Source of the DNA: Spirochaetaceae bacterium | Lineage (GTDB): Bacteria; Spirochaetota; Spirochaetia; DSM-2461 | Length of the DNA: 64,000 bases | Assembly (NCBI GenBank): GCA_965224705.1 | Contig: OZ245056.1 | Location: 2,208,001-2,272,000, forward strand | Direction of reading: 5' to 3' | Part shown: piece after piece, positions 37,841 through 48,657 of the stretch | Layout of the letters: each line of letters opens with the position of its first letter | How positions within the stretch are numbered: position 1 is the first letter of the stretch | Translations under genes and position numbers: made by a program | Notes under the pieces: model-generated | The model's database searches: none | The model's input: the letters and a program-made list of their open reading frames with translations, nothing else | Told to the model about the DNA's origin: nothing

Positions 37841-39355
37841 TCATTGTGAAACTGAACCGGCCATCATCAGTCCGATTTTCTCAATAGACCAGGTTTCCGG
37901 GGTTAATTCACCCATAAGACTTCCGTTAAACATTACTGCGATGCGGTCGCAAACCATGAACAGTTCATCCAGATCCTCGGATACGAGCAGAACGGCACCA
38001 CCATTGTCTCGAAGCGCAATGATCTGTTTGCGGACATATTCTGTTGCTCCTACATCCAATCCGTAGGTTGGGTGGGCCGCTACAAGAAGTTCCGGACCGC
38101 AGGATATCTCCCTGCCGAGAATGAGCTTCTGTATGTTTCCGCCGGAGAGATTCTTCACCATGACATTGATGGATGGGGTGTCTACCTGGAAACCTTCTAC
38201 CAGAGAATTCGCATGTTTGTTAATGACATCATAGTTCATCTGTATCCAACTGCTGAATGGATAATCCCTGTGCTGCTTGAGAACAGAGTTTTCAGAAAGC
38301 AGCAGATTGGGAACCGTGCCATGTTTGATCCGTTCTTCAGGCACATGAGATATACCCAGAATGTGGGCAGATCTGGCATCGGAGTGATTCAATGCCTTCC
38401 CCTTCATCTGCACCGTTCCCCTCAATGGCTGCCTGAGTCCGGTTATGGTTTCCACCAGTTCCTGTTGACCATTGCCTGAGACACCGGCAATGCCGAGAAT
38501 CTCAGAGGAATGCACCTTTAGATGCAGATTGCGCACTGCAGGCAAACCCCGGTCAGAGTCCACATCAAGGTTTTTTGTTTCAAGGAGAACCTCACCGGGC
38601 TGAACATCAGCTTTATCGTAGGCCGTGGCTATTTGTCGGCCAATCATCATTTCGGCCAGTTTTCCTTTGTCCACATCATTGATAGCTGCTTCACCTGTAA
38701 GACAGCCTTTACGGAGAACCATAACCCGGCTGCAGATACTGAAAATTTCCTCAAGCTTATGGGTAATCAATATTACCGAATGTCCTTCAAGGGTCATTTT
38801 CCTTAAAATATCAAAGAGTTCACTGGCTTCCTGGGGAGTTAGAACCGATGTAGGTTCATCCATGATGAGCAGATCGGCATTCCGGGAGAGTGCTTTCAAT
38901 ATCTCTACCCGCTGCTGTTCTCCTGCGGATAAATCCCAAACAGGTTTATCAGGATTGACTTCCAGACCGTACTGGGCAGACAGTTTCTGTATTGTTGAAC
39001 GCAAAGTACGATGGGGGAAGAAAAAAGGGGTGTTTTCATAGCCGAGAGCTATATTCTCAAGTACGGAATGTTTTTCCACCAGCATGAAATGCTGATGAAT
39101 CATTCCAATGCCTGCCCGCATTGAATCCCTGGGGTTTTTCAGGTGAATTATCTCATCGTTGATCCGTATTTCACCTTCATCGGGAAGATACAGGCCGTAG
39201 AGGATGTTCATCAGAGTCGTCTTACCAGCTCCGTTTTCCCCAAGCAATCCGAGAATTTCACCGGATTTGATGCTGAAATTGATGTCCTGATTTGCCCTGA
39301 CTTCGAGAAATGATTTACTGATACCCCTCATTTCCAGGGACTCAATTCTATTCAA
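37841..39355 (-). CDS. ABC transporter ATP-binding protein (tandem domains)
   Basis: GENGAGKT, DEPTSVL and LSGGNIQK. Confidence 0.93.
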   Translation of the reverse strand: MNRIESLEMRGISKSFLEVRANQDINFSIKSGEILGLLGENGAGKTTLMNILYGLYLPDEGEIRINDEIIHLKNPRDSMRAGIGMIHQHFMLVEKHSVLENIALGYENTPFFFPHRTLRSTIQKLSAQYGLEVNPDKPVWDLSAGEQQRVEILKALSRNADLLIMDEPTSVLTPQEASELFDILRKMTLEGHSVILITHKLEEIFSICSRVMVLRKGCLTGEAAINDVDKGKLAEMMIGRQIATAYDKADVQPGEVLLETKNLDVDSDRGLPAVRNLHLKVHSSEILGIAGVSGNGQQELVETITGLRQPLRGTVQMKGKALNHSDARSAHILGISHVPEERIKHGTVPNLLLSENSVLKQHRDYPFSSWIQMNYDVINKHANSLVEGFQVDTPSINVMVKNLSGGNIQKLILGREISCGPELLVAAHPTYGLDVGATEYVRKQIIALRDNGGAVLLVSEDLDELFMVCDRIAVMFNGSLMGELTPETWSIEKIGLMMAGSVSQ

Positions 39356-39639
39356 AGAGCTCTCCGTTTACCTGAATTTCATCTACAACCTCGCTGGTTG
39401 TCATCTATATACCAGGCAGTGCTCGCGGAAATCGGTACATACTGAATGCAGGCGTATACCCGCAAATATGCACCGCTTTGTTTCCATGCTCCGAGGCTTT
39501 GACTTCTCCTTTCAGATATTCAATTCCGGATAGACTTCAGGCAGTCACACTATCAGGTGCAAAAACATGAAATCAGAAACGTTTCTCCGGGCCCTGGGCG
39601 GAAACTTACCCCCGTTCGGCCATACATCGTACACACTAT

Positions 39640-39669
39640 TCATACTCCGGGATATCTCCCGGAGTATGA
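39640..39669 (-). terminator. Stem-loop after the BMP gene
   Basis: TCATACTCCGGGA-TATC-TCCCGGAGTATGA perfect 13-bp stem. Confidence 0.6.
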
Positions 39670-39680
39670 GACTGTTTAGT

Positions 39681-40868
39681 TTACTGAGGAAGAGGTGATA
39701 TGAAGTTATCTACCTGGTAACTCATCTCCGCAAAGAGGTGTCCAATGCTGGCCAACTCTCCATCTGCGATAGTCATATTACCATCCTGATCGTAGATCGG
39801 TCCTACGAATGGATCAAAGACTTCCCGGCCCTGTATCATTTGTTCCCGGCGTTTCATTACAAGGTCGTAAATACTGATCTCACCCAGATCCGCATTATTG
39901 GTTTTCAGTTCTTTGAAAGTACTTACATAGGATTGATTTATTTTCTCATCCCATGATGCCCCAAGTTCCACAACCCCATCCTGTATAAGCCAGAGAAGGT
40001 CGTAGTTGGTCATATCATTGGCTTTGCCATCTTTGACGTCGTTGAGCATTCGAACGTAAAGTGGACCCCAGTCAGTCAGTTTGCCTGTGATGGCTGCATC
40101 AGGGCCGTAAGGCTGCATGGGACTGTAATGGGAGAGAGCATAAATCTCTCTTCCCTTATCCTGATACTCCTGAGCGACTTCAATGACAGTCGGCGTATCC
40201 TCGGTAAAACCAAGAACATCGCAGCCTTCGGCTACCAGAGACTCTGCGGCTTCACGGGCCTTGTCCGGACTGTACCACTCATAGATCCATCTGACACTGA
40301 CCGTGGCCTCCGGGTTGACTTCCTTAATTCCCAATGCAAAGGCATTCATGTGGCGGAAGAGCTCGGAGATGGGGAATGCAGCAATATATCCAATTTTGTT
40401 TGATTTGGTGATGGCTCCGGCCATCAAACCATTCAGATAGAAAATTTGATACATGTCAGCCATGTAGGTTCCAGCATTGATCGCTCTTTTGTACCCGGAA
40501 CAGTGAAAGAATTTCACATCAGGGTACTTTTCGGCGGCTTTAAGGGTGTCCTCCATATAACCAAAACTTGTAGTGAAAACAGCATCAACCTTTTGTTCCT
40601 GTATAAGACGATCTATGAAACGGATAGCATCACCTTCGGGAACACTTTCCACAACCACAGTTTCAAGCCAGGGGAGTTCCTTTTCAGCATACTGACGTCC
40701 CTGGTCGTGGGCGTACGTCCAGCCGAAATCACCGGCAGGGCCGATGAAAACGAATCCGGCTTTGAGGGTTTCCTGACCCGAGGAGGTCGTCTCCTCACTG
40801 CCTCCGCCTGCGAAAACGAACATGGATGCGACCAACATGATTGTAAGGGTCATCAATACTCTCTTCAT
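39681..40868 (-). CDS. BMP-family ABC substrate-binding protein
   Basis: GFVFIGP.GDFGWTYAHDQGR, FTTSFGY and NAFALG; VFAGG signal end. Confidence 0.9.
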   Translation of the reverse strand: MKRVLMTLTIMLVASMFVFAGGGSEETTSSGQETLKAGFVFIGPAGDFGWTYAHDQGRQYAEKELPWLETVVVESVPEGDAIRFIDRLIQEQKVDAVFTTSFGYMEDTLKAAEKYPDVKFFHCSGYKRAINAGTYMADMYQIFYLNGLMAGAITKSNKIGYIAAFPISELFRHMNAFALGIKEVNPEATVSVRWIYEWYSPDKAREAAESLVAEGCDVLGFTEDTPTVIEVAQEYQDKGREIYALSHYSPMQPYGPDAAITGKLTDWGPLYVRMLNDVKDGKANDMTNYDLLWLIQDGVVELGASWDEKINQSYVSTFKELKTNNADLGEISIYDLVMKRREQMIQGREVFDPFVGPIYDQDGNMTIADGELASIGHLFAEMSYQVDNFISPLPQ

Positions 40869-40988
40869 AGTTTTCTCCTTTTATTAATTAATCGATCGTC
40901 AGTCTAGTATCTGTCTGATTTTCTGTCAATTGGAAATAGTCATTGATTGATTGTTAGTCCAGTATTTGTCTGTTTTCTAAGTTCACCA

Positions 40989-41043
40989 GGAGTCTGTCGG
41001 ATTCTAAGGCTTCGAGCCGTGAGGCGTAAGTCCGGCAGGCTCC
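40989..41043 (+). mobile_element. Minimal 55-bp MITE family A derivative
   Basis: GGAGTCTGTCGGATT...AAGTCCGGCAGGCTCC with the interior deleted. Confidence 0.75.
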
Positions 41044-41289
41044 CAGGGAATTGATTTTGCGACGAACTCCCATCAGTCACTTGGAAAAGTCGTCTTCAAG
41101 TCAGATTTCTTCACTGTGCACTCGTTCCATTGTCCGCCGCATGGAGATCAGTGCCATTCAGGGTTGATCCAGCAGAATTACATGAATCAGCAGCATGGAT
41201 GTGACTGCGAATCATTTACTTTCTTCCGGGAAAACGCTATTCTCATTCCGGGCGATTTTCGCCGATAGAACACAGTGAGTGAGGAAGTT

Positions 41290-42372
41290 ATGGTAAAAAC
41301 ATACAGAATAGCCGTATTGCCCGGTGATGGTACAGGCGGTGAAGTTGTCGCCGAGGGAAAAAAAGTGCTGGATGCAGCAGCCGCAAAGTTCGGATTTAAA
41401 CTGGAGATGACGGAATTTGATTTTGGCGGTGATCGTTATTTGAGAACCGGAGAGGTTTTGCCCGATACGGCTGTCAATGATCTTAAGCAGTTTGATTCCA
41501 TCTATCTTGGAGCTATTGGTCATCCCGATGTGAAGCCGGGAATTCTGGAGAAGGGCATTCTTCTGCGGCTGCGTTTTGAACTGGATCAATACATCAATCT
41601 GAGGCCGGTGAAGCTTTATCCGGGAGTGGATACGCCATTGAAGGATAAGGGGCCTGAGCATATTGATTACGTTGTGGTTCGTGAAAATTCCGGTGGAATC
41701 TACACTGGAACCGGCGGAATCTCCATGAAAGGTACGGATCAGGAAGTGGCTGTGCAGAGCATGGTTTACAATCGCTTTCAGGTTGAACGCTGCCTGAGAT
41801 ATGCCTTTGACTACACGAAAAGACATGGGAAAAAGGCTTCGGGTAAGGGCAGGGAAAATAGTCTTGGTCTGGTTGGAAAAACAAATGTTCTCACCTATGT
41901 TTTTGATCTTTGGGAGCGGGTCTTTAATGAAATTGGCGAGACTGACTTTGCAGATATACGCCGGGACTACTATCATGTTGATGCGGCCTGCATGTGGATG
42001 GTAAAGAGTCCGGAATGGTTTGATGTTCTGGTTACAGGCAACATGTTTGGAGACATTATCACCGATCTGGGGGCCATTACCCAGGGAGGCATGGGCATTG
42101 CCGCCGGGGGAAACATAAACCCTGAGGGTGTTTCCATGTTTGAACCCATTGGCGGTTCAGCTCCCAAGTATACCGGTAAGGGTATCATCAATCCACTGGC
42201 TTCCATCGCTGCGGGTGCCATGATGCTGGATACTTTGGGCGAGTATAAGGCTGCCGAATCCGTAGAAAATGCTGTTATGCAGATCACCGGAACGAAAATC
42301 AAAAGCCTGTCTGCCGGTCAAATGGGATATTCAACAAGTGAAGTGGGAGATCTGGTCGCTTCGGCTCTTTGA
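41290..42372 (+). CDS. leuB: 3-isopropylmalate dehydrogenase
   Basis: LPGDGTG.EV, VVRENSGG.Y, NMFGDIITD and FEPIGGSAP. Confidence 0.85.
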   Translation: MVKTYRIAVLPGDGTGGEVVAEGKKVLDAAAAKFGFKLEMTEFDFGGDRYLRTGEVLPDTAVNDLKQFDSIYLGAIGHPDVKPGILEKGILLRLRFELDQYINLRPVKLYPGVDTPLKDKGPEHIDYVVVRENSGGIYTGTGGISMKGTDQEVAVQSMVYNRFQVERCLRYAFDYTKRHGKKASGKGRENSLGLVGKTNVLTYVFDLWERVFNEIGETDFADIRRDYYHVDAACMWMVKSPEWFDVLVTGNMFGDIITDLGAITQGGMGIAAGGNINPEGVSMFEPIGGSAPKYTGKGIINPLASIAAGAMMLDTLGEYKAAESVENAVMQITGTKIKSLSAGQMGYSTSEVGDLVASAL

Positions 42373-43007
42373 GGTGGTACATATTGCACTACTTATACTT
42401 TATACGGCATGCTGAGAGTGTGGCGAACCAGCACCGCCTTCTTGGCAGCCGTGTGGATTACCCTCTAACCGAGGCTGGCCTCAAGGATGCCTTGCGGATA
42501 GCTGAAGAATTGAAAGAGATAACCCACCTGGATGGCATTGTCACTTCTCCGGTACTTCGTGCCCGTCAGACAACCGATGCTTTTTCCGAAGTGTTCAACA
42601 TTGTTCCGATTGTGGATGACAATCTTGCTGAGCAGGAACTTGGACCTTTCTCCTGCAAGTCCTATGATGAAGTGAAGAACATGGACGGCTATGAGAATGA
42701 CACCCTGGCCCGATGGGATTGGAATCCCGGGGGAGGCGGCGAATCGTATTCCATGGTGGCCGACAGAGTTATTGAGTTTTTTAAGTCCGTAGAGAGCTTC
42801 CCTCTTGAGTCTACCTGGCTCATTGTTACCCATGCGGTAGTTTTCCGGCTCATTCGTGCAGCTCTTGAAAACACATTGCCTGTATACTCTGAGAAATTTC
42901 CAAATAATGGAGAAATATGGCGGGTCGCCTGTCAGGGATTGGGAGTGCGGCACGATATAAGAGCTATATTTCTTGGCGAGAGTCGGAAGTTTATTCATCT
43001 TCCCTGA
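42369..43007 (+). CDS. Histidine phosphatase family protein
   Basis: FIRHAES, TSPVLRARQT, GGES and IVTH; start uncertain. Confidence 0.85.
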   Translation: MRWYILHYLYFIRHAESVANQHRLLGSRVDYPLTEAGLKDALRIAEELKEITHLDGIVTSPVLRARQTTDAFSEVFNIVPIVDDNLAEQELGPFSCKSYDEVKNMDGYENDTLARWDWNPGGGGESYSMVADRVIEFFKSVESFPLESTWLIVTHAVVFRLIRAALENTLPVYSEKFPNNGEIWRVACQGLGVRHDIRAIFLGESRKFIHLP

Positions 43008-43572
43008 CAGAACGGCTATATTGGAGGAAAATGTATTGAAGAAGAAATTGTTTTTGACACTGGATCCAGCTATACAGGCCCACCTGGCATCCATGCGTGA
43101 GAATCTGGGTTTGTCTTCCAGTGATGAAACCATGGAAATTCTTGCCTCCGGCTGGCTTGAAAAGGAAAGAGCCTTCCTTGAAGAGTCAGTGGGATTGGGC
43201 ATGGAAAGTGTTGATGAATGCAGTAACCCTGCCTGTGGTTTTCTCGCTCTTACATGGTCGGGATCTCTGGTGGCCGTTGGGCCTGAAAACAAAAATAAGC
43301 GGCGGGCGGTTTACGTCAGCATTGATCGACGTCAGAATGTCCCCCGCCAGGCAGAATCCGACAATGCCAGGATTGTGAGTACCGTTGCGGTGGGCCATGA
43401 GATTGTATTCTCCACCGGTCCTGTTAGGCAAACCTCAGCGATCTACAAACTGGCTGTTTTACCGCCTGAATTGAATGTAGGGAGACAGAATAAGATTCTC
43501 GATGAAGCAACTGTAACACTGGTTGAAGAATTTCAGGCTGTTGATGATTCAAATGGGGCCGATATTGCCTGA
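42973..43572 (+). CDS. Hypothetical protein
   Basis: Co-oriented ORF in an operon-like run; true start probably near 43037. Confidence 0.65.
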   Translation: MARVGSLFIFPDRTAILEENVLKKKLFLTLDPAIQAHLASMRENLGLSSSDETMEILASGWLEKERAFLEESVGLGMESVDECSNPACGFLALTWSGSLVAVGPENKNKRRAVYVSIDRRQNVPRQAESDNARIVSTVAVGHEIVFSTGPVRQTSAIYKLAVLPPELNVGRQNKILDEATVTLVEEFQAVDDSNGADIA

Positions 43573-44584
43573 TTACGATGCCGAAAGTCTCTGGCGTGTG
43601 CTGCATAGACTTCATTACGGACAATCCCTTCCTGACAGGGGTGATTTATCCGTAATTCTTGAAACAGCTATAGAGACCCTGGCCAGTGAAAATCCTCTCA
43701 TTCGTCCCCGTGACTCTCATAATCGTCCGGGAGGACTGGTTCTTCTTCCCCATGACCGAACAACCATCATCGTGCCGGATCTCCATGCCAGAACGGGATT
43801 CATAATGACTCTGATGGATATGGAATTTAATGGACACCGTGTTATTGATTCCCTGTTTGCCCAGCGGCTGCAGATTGTCTGTGTCGGTGATGGGCTTCAC
43901 AGTGAGGCACGGGGTGCAGATCGATGGTATCGGGCCTTGCTGGAATATGAAACTGGTTTCCGGCAGCATGGGGCTATGGATGAAGAAATGAAGGAGGGTC
44001 TTTCTCTCATGGCTATGATTATGCTGCTGAAAACAGCCGTTCCCGACAGTTTTCATTTTCTCAAGGGAAACCATGAGAATGTGGCAAATTCCAACGAGGC
44101 AGGTAATCTGTCATTCTACAAGTTCGCTATGGAGGGGCAGATGGTGCGTGACTGGTTTTCAATGTTTATGGGATGGGACATGCTGATGAAATGGGCAGAT
44201 TTTGAATCATCCCTGCCCCTGTTGGCCGTGGGTGACCGTTTTATGATTTCCCACGCCGAGCCCCGGCATCCTTACAACCGCAGGGAAGTAATTGAATACA
44301 AAGGAAATCATCAGCTTATACTGGATTTTACCTGGACGGGGAATAATGAGGCCGAAGAAGGTTCTGTCGAGTCCATGCTGACCATGTATCTTGACGGGGA
44401 GTTGGAGGGAAGTCTTTATTTTGGAGGACATCGGCCAGTCTCCGGGTTGTACGGGCTCCGAGCCAATGGGTATTATGTTCAGATTCACAATCCTGATCAC
44501 TATGCTGTTGCAATCCTGGAGAGTGGAAGAACACCTTTACCTCAAAGAGATGTTATTCAGATAACAGGGAAGGACCATGGGTGA
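43523..44584 (+). CDS. Metallophosphoesterase-like protein
   Basis: PDLHAR, VGDGLH, KGNHE, SHA and GGH motifs. Confidence 0.8.
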   Translation: MKNFRLLMIQMGPILPDYDAESLWRVLHRLHYGQSLPDRGDLSVILETAIETLASENPLIRPRDSHNRPGGLVLLPHDRTTIIVPDLHARTGFIMTLMDMEFNGHRVIDSLFAQRLQIVCVGDGLHSEARGADRWYRALLEYETGFRQHGAMDEEMKEGLSLMAMIMLLKTAVPDSFHFLKGNHENVANSNEAGNLSFYKFAMEGQMVRDWFSMFMGWDMLMKWADFESSLPLLAVGDRFMISHAEPRHPYNRREVIEYKGNHQLILDFTWTGNNEAEEGSVESMLTMYLDGELEGSLYFGGHRPVSGLYGLRANGYYVQIHNPDHYAVAILESGRTPLPQRDVIQITGKDHG

Positions 44585-45017
44585 ACGCGGAGAAATCTTC
44601 AGTAACCGGGTGTATGTTGATGAAGGTCAGAAAACCTATTTCTTTAATATCAAGGAAAATCGTTTTGGTGATGTTTACCTCAATATCGTTGAGAGCCGTA
44701 AAACTGAGAGAGGATTTCGACGGTCATCCATCGTAATTTTCAAGGAAGATCTTGATAGTTTCATCATCAGACTGGATAGAACAGTTGCTGATATTCGTCA
44801 GCATCGAAATAGTAGCGGCCAGACTCTTATTGTTGGAAAGGGCCGCAGGGAGTACAGAATGAGCCTGGACAGGCGAAGAAAACCAGCACTTCGGATATCC
44901 GAGGAGAGGCAGGACCCGACAAATCCTCACAGGGAATCGGTGATTATTTCATTGGATGTTCTGGATGTTTTTATGGGTGGTTTCAGAAAGTCACTGAGGT
45001 ATATTCAGCCCGCTTGA
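44577..45017 (+). CDS. PUR-domain (DUF3276-like) nucleic-acid-binding protein
   Basis: MGERGEIFS...KTYFFNIKENRFGDVYLNIVES...RSSIVIF, resembling spirochaete PUR proteins. Confidence 0.8.
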   Translation: MGERGEIFSNRVYVDEGQKTYFFNIKENRFGDVYLNIVESRKTERGFRRSSIVIFKEDLDSFIIRLDRTVADIRQHRNSSGQTLIVGKGRREYRMSLDRRRKPALRISEERQDPTNPHRESVIISLDVLDVFMGGFRKSLRYIQPA

Positions 45018-45081
45018 GGCGACCGCCAGGGTATTGGAGTTAGCGTCATCAGATTTCAGGTAGTGATGCTTTTAGTCCATT

Positions 45082-45905
45082 CCCAGTGTCAGAAAGCTTG
45101 TTAATGCGGCAAGAACCCCTGTCAGGCTCGTTATAACATAGTAAGAAAACAATTTATAAAGGAGTTTGACCATGCCATTCCCTCACTGCCCAACCCGAAA
45201 TGTATCCATTTCAGTGCCCCAGAGCAAAAAAACTGGTTTCCGGTACACAGTTCCTACCACACAGAAAAAACGGGTCATGACATCTTCAAGGTCAGCCAGA
45301 ACCATGGATAATCCGATGCTTCCTATTAACTACATTGACCGTCAGATCAGGAAGATATTTCAGATCATGTCAGGGAGGCGGTCAAGTTTGCCGAATCTCC
45401 CGCTGCAATGATGATTCGATTTGTTCCTTATCGTCACTACCACAACTGCATGATTCCATGGCGGGTGAAGGAGGTCAGGAGCCTGTTGGACTTACGCCTC
45501 ACGGCTCGATTTTTGCCCTTTTTCCCTGTTGCTGCGTTGCCAAAATACTCACGTAGCCCAGCTACGCTCCGTTTTTGTCGCCTTGCATCAGGAAAAAATC
45601 ATCAAAAATCGCCTCGAAGTCTTAAAGTCCAACAGACTCCCCCGAAAGAAGAAGAACACAACTCATGCTGAGAAGGCCGGGATCACCAGGAAGAAACTTC
45701 GCAAGGCAGTAGGCAGGTACTGGTTGAAGAGGGCCTTTTTGAGCAGGGTCAATCCGGGTGCGGCAGAGAAGAAAACCTGGCTGTGTGAGTGGCGTAATTT
45801 GGGAGTGGAATCTGACCGTTCTGACCCGTTGTATGTGAAGGTTTAGGAGGAGATTGGACTCCCGGGATGGGTTGAAGGGGGTTTTACAGGCTTTCTGACA
45901 CAGGG
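45082..45905 (+). mobile_element. IS family B remnant with fragmented transposase
   Basis: TIRs CCCAGTGTCAGAAAGC / GCTTTCTGACACAGGG; frameshifted pieces MPFPHCP..., NYIDRQIRK, YHN..PWRVKE and THAEKAGI. Confidence 0.82.
45478..45640 (-). mobile_element. MITE family A copy nested in the IS family B remnant
   Basis: Reverse-complement match to 3910-4072, 163 bp. Confidence 0.9.
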
Positions 45906-45925
45906 TATTCTTCTCATGACCTGGT

Positions 45926-47668
45926 CTACATTGATTCTACATATGGTATGTTTAAAAGTTGGAAACCACTCTTTAATGTAGTAAGGACGGCCCGAGCCAA
46001 CGACATTCGTGAAGCTGCCAGCAGCTTGTCTTCTGCCCTGGCTATGGGAACTTCATGGTAGTAATGGCTGAAATCCCGGGCAATCTGATAGAGTCCGGCG
46101 GTCAATATGGAGGGGTCCAGTTTTTCTGCTGCCCTGGCCACGAGATCGGGGTATTCACCGATTCGCCGAAATATAGTCCATTCATCGTCCCGGGTTAACA
46201 GAGAAGAATCAGTTTCGATATCTCCGATATTATTCGAAAATCTTGAGATAAGACTTGCAATTCTTGCCACTACATACTGCAGATAGGGACCCGTATTCCC
46301 GGTGAAAGCAAGAGATTCCCTGGGATTGAATACCATATCCTTTGCCGGACTTATCTGGAGAAGATAGTAATGGAGGGCTGCAATTGCTATCTTTTCAGCT
46401 GTTTCTCCAGTATCTTCCATCCCCTGTTCCCGACCCTTTTCTTTTATTTCTTCCAGGGCGAGGGAAGCAAGATTGTCAATGAGATCATCAGCATCCACAA
46501 TGGTTCCTTCACGAGATTTCATTTTGCCCTCTGGTAGAAACACCATTCCATAGGAAAGGTGACGGAGTAGTGAGGCCCATGGATAACCAAGTTTTTTCAA
46601 GGCATAAAAAAGAACCTGGAAATGGTACTCCTGCTCATTTCCTACAACATAGATGAGCTGATCAAAGGGCCATTCTTCATGACGGCTGACAGCGGTACCA
46701 AGATCCTGAGTCATGTATACGGAAGTACCATCCGGGCGTAGAAGAACCTTCATCCCCAGCCCTGCTTCATCCAGATTCAACCGTACAGAATTATCTGAAT
46801 GCCTGTAGAACACGCCACTTTTCAAACCTTTCTCTATCTCTTTTTTTCCTGAAAGATATGTTTCACTTTCCTGGTACCACCTGTCAAAGTGCACCCCTGT
46901 CCGCTTGTAAGTTATATTGATTCCATCCAGAGCCCATTTGTTCATAGTTTCCCAGAGTTTGCGTACTTCCGGATCACCTGATTCCCAGGCGAATAACATG
47001 TTTTGAACCTGTTGTTCTGCATTTTCATCCATAGCGGCCCATTGAGCATATTTCGTGTAGTATTTTCCAACGAAATGATCACTTTTCATGCCACAGGTCT
47101 CTGGTGTTTGACCCGCACCGAATTTCTTATAGGCAAGCATGGATTTGCATATATGTGTCCCTCTGTTATTTACCAGGTTCACTTTTAAAACCTCAGCTCC
47201 CCTGGCAGCCAGGATGCGGGCACAACTCAGACCAAGAATATCGTTTCTCAAGTGACCAAGATGGAGAGGTTTATTAGTGTTTGGGCTGGAGAACTCAATC
47301 ATCACTTTACGACCGGCCAATTCCTGTCCGGCACCCCAGGTGTCACCGGCTTCTTTGATTTTGTTGAGAACCTCTTTGATGACGGCTGTCCGGTCAATGC
47401 GTACATTGAGGTAGGGACCAAGAGCATTTACTCCTGCGTCGATTCCCCCAAGCCTTTCGGAAACCATGTTTGCCAGGATTTGTGGTGATCGCTTTAAGAT
47501 TCCAGCACACGGAAACATTGGGTAGGATATATCACCCATTTCACTCTTTGGGGGTTTCCCTGCAACTAATACACCGGTAATACTGGCTGGATTTTCTTGT
47601 TCTTCCAAAGCCAGTTGTTCCAATACGCCCTGCACTTTTCCTGTCCATTGTTCGATAATCTCTTTCAT
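45926..47668 (-). CDS. argS: Arginyl-tRNA synthetase
   Basis: EFSSPNTNKPLHLGHLRN, GKMKSREG and GNTGPYLQY. Confidence 0.96.
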   Translation of the reverse strand: MKEIIEQWTGKVQGVLEQLALEEQENPASITGVLVAGKPPKSEMGDISYPMFPCAGILKRSPQILANMVSERLGGIDAGVNALGPYLNVRIDRTAVIKEVLNKIKEAGDTWGAGQELAGRKVMIEFSSPNTNKPLHLGHLRNDILGLSCARILAARGAEVLKVNLVNNRGTHICKSMLAYKKFGAGQTPETCGMKSDHFVGKYYTKYAQWAAMDENAEQQVQNMLFAWESGDPEVRKLWETMNKWALDGINITYKRTGVHFDRWYQESETYLSGKKEIEKGLKSGVFYRHSDNSVRLNLDEAGLGMKVLLRPDGTSVYMTQDLGTAVSRHEEWPFDQLIYVVGNEQEYHFQVLFYALKKLGYPWASLLRHLSYGMVFLPEGKMKSREGTIVDADDLIDNLASLALEEIKEKGREQGMEDTGETAEKIAIAALHYYLLQISPAKDMVFNPRESLAFTGNTGPYLQYVVARIASLISRFSNNIGDIETDSSLLTRDDEWTIFRRIGEYPDLVARAAEKLDPSILTAGLYQIARDFSHYYHEVPIARAEDKLLAASRMSLARAVLTTLKSGFQLLNIPYVESM

Positions 47669-47881
47669 CAATGGTATTGAATCACGTGGGCAGGGAGGGG
47701 TCAAGGATGCAATCGTCTCATTGATTGAACTGGCAGGGACGGGAAGGAGATTATCGATTCAGAATTCTCTTGATTCTTCCAGGTTGAGCCCGATTCATTG
47801 TCCCTGTCATTTTCAATGAGAGAAGGTAGTTTAGCATTTTTATGAATTCCACACAAAATCCTGAAAATCCAGTTTTTTACG

Positions 47882-48101
47882 GTGTCAGGAAGCTTGTAAT
47901 AGCCTGGTTTCATTTAAATCCTGTTAGAGGAGGATCCTTCCCAATATAGTAGTTCAATACTCATTGACAGTTGTGATCCAGCGAATTATTCATCAGGAAT
48001 GATGAGAAGTCTCTCCGGCAAGATGTTTTGTAAATGCTGTTCTATAGGATATTAATTCTTTTAATGGAAGCGATTATTTCATTCAACAGGCTTCCTGACA
48101 C
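47882..48101. mobile_element. 220-bp MITE family C copy
   Basis: GTGTCAGGAAGC / GCTTCCTGACAC ends; diverged copy at 56864-57083. Confidence 0.75.
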
Positions 48102-48150
48102 TGTACAAATCATTCACTCTATGTCAGTAAAGGGTCTTCCACTGAGTGCG

Positions 48151-48657
48151 TCAATACAAACGCGGCATGTAGAACAAAGGTACAGGTTCAACTCCTGCAT
48201 CCATCATATAGTTCTCTGAAAGACCACTCACGAATTTTTCAAAAGGGTAACTATACAGCACACCGCCTCTTTCAGAAATGTATCCTTTGGGAGTTGAATA
48301 ATCAAATTCACCAAGGAAAACAATATCTCCTGGTTTTACTTCAATGATGGTGAGTAATTCGACAGGGACGGGTACTGTATGTTTCTCACTGGTGTTTTTT
48401 GTTCCATCAATATAGACTGCTGCCCAGCGGCCCGGAGGAAGTTCAACAATACTTGGAATATCCATCATGCGAAATATCCGTTCAACTTTTTTCCTTGTAT
48501 CAAGATTGACGAATTTTATTCGATGATTAAAAACCTGAAAATATCCACCAATGTAGGATTTCTCATTCGATAATGCAGTATCCTGGGGGATATTGCTTAC
48601 ACATCCGATCAATAGAACTGCAGCGTACATAATCAAGCGATGAAGAAGTTTATTCAT
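48151..48657 (-). CDS. Hypothetical lipoprotein
   Basis: LLIGC lipobox-like N-terminus. Confidence 0.6.
   Translation of the reverse strand: MNKLLHRLIMYAAVLLIGCVSNIPQDTALSNEKSYIGGYFQVFNHRIKFVNLDTRKKVERIFRMMDIPSIVELPPGRWAAVYIDGTKNTSEKHTVPVPVELLTIIEVKPGDIVFLGEFDYSTPKGYISERGGVLYSYPFEKFVSGLSENYMMDAGVEPVPLFYMPRLY

Noticed and set aside
40870..41289. Riboswitch or T-box upstream of the BMP gene or leuB
   Set aside because: No recognisable conserved aptamer or T-box motif by eye; a covariance-model scan would be needed
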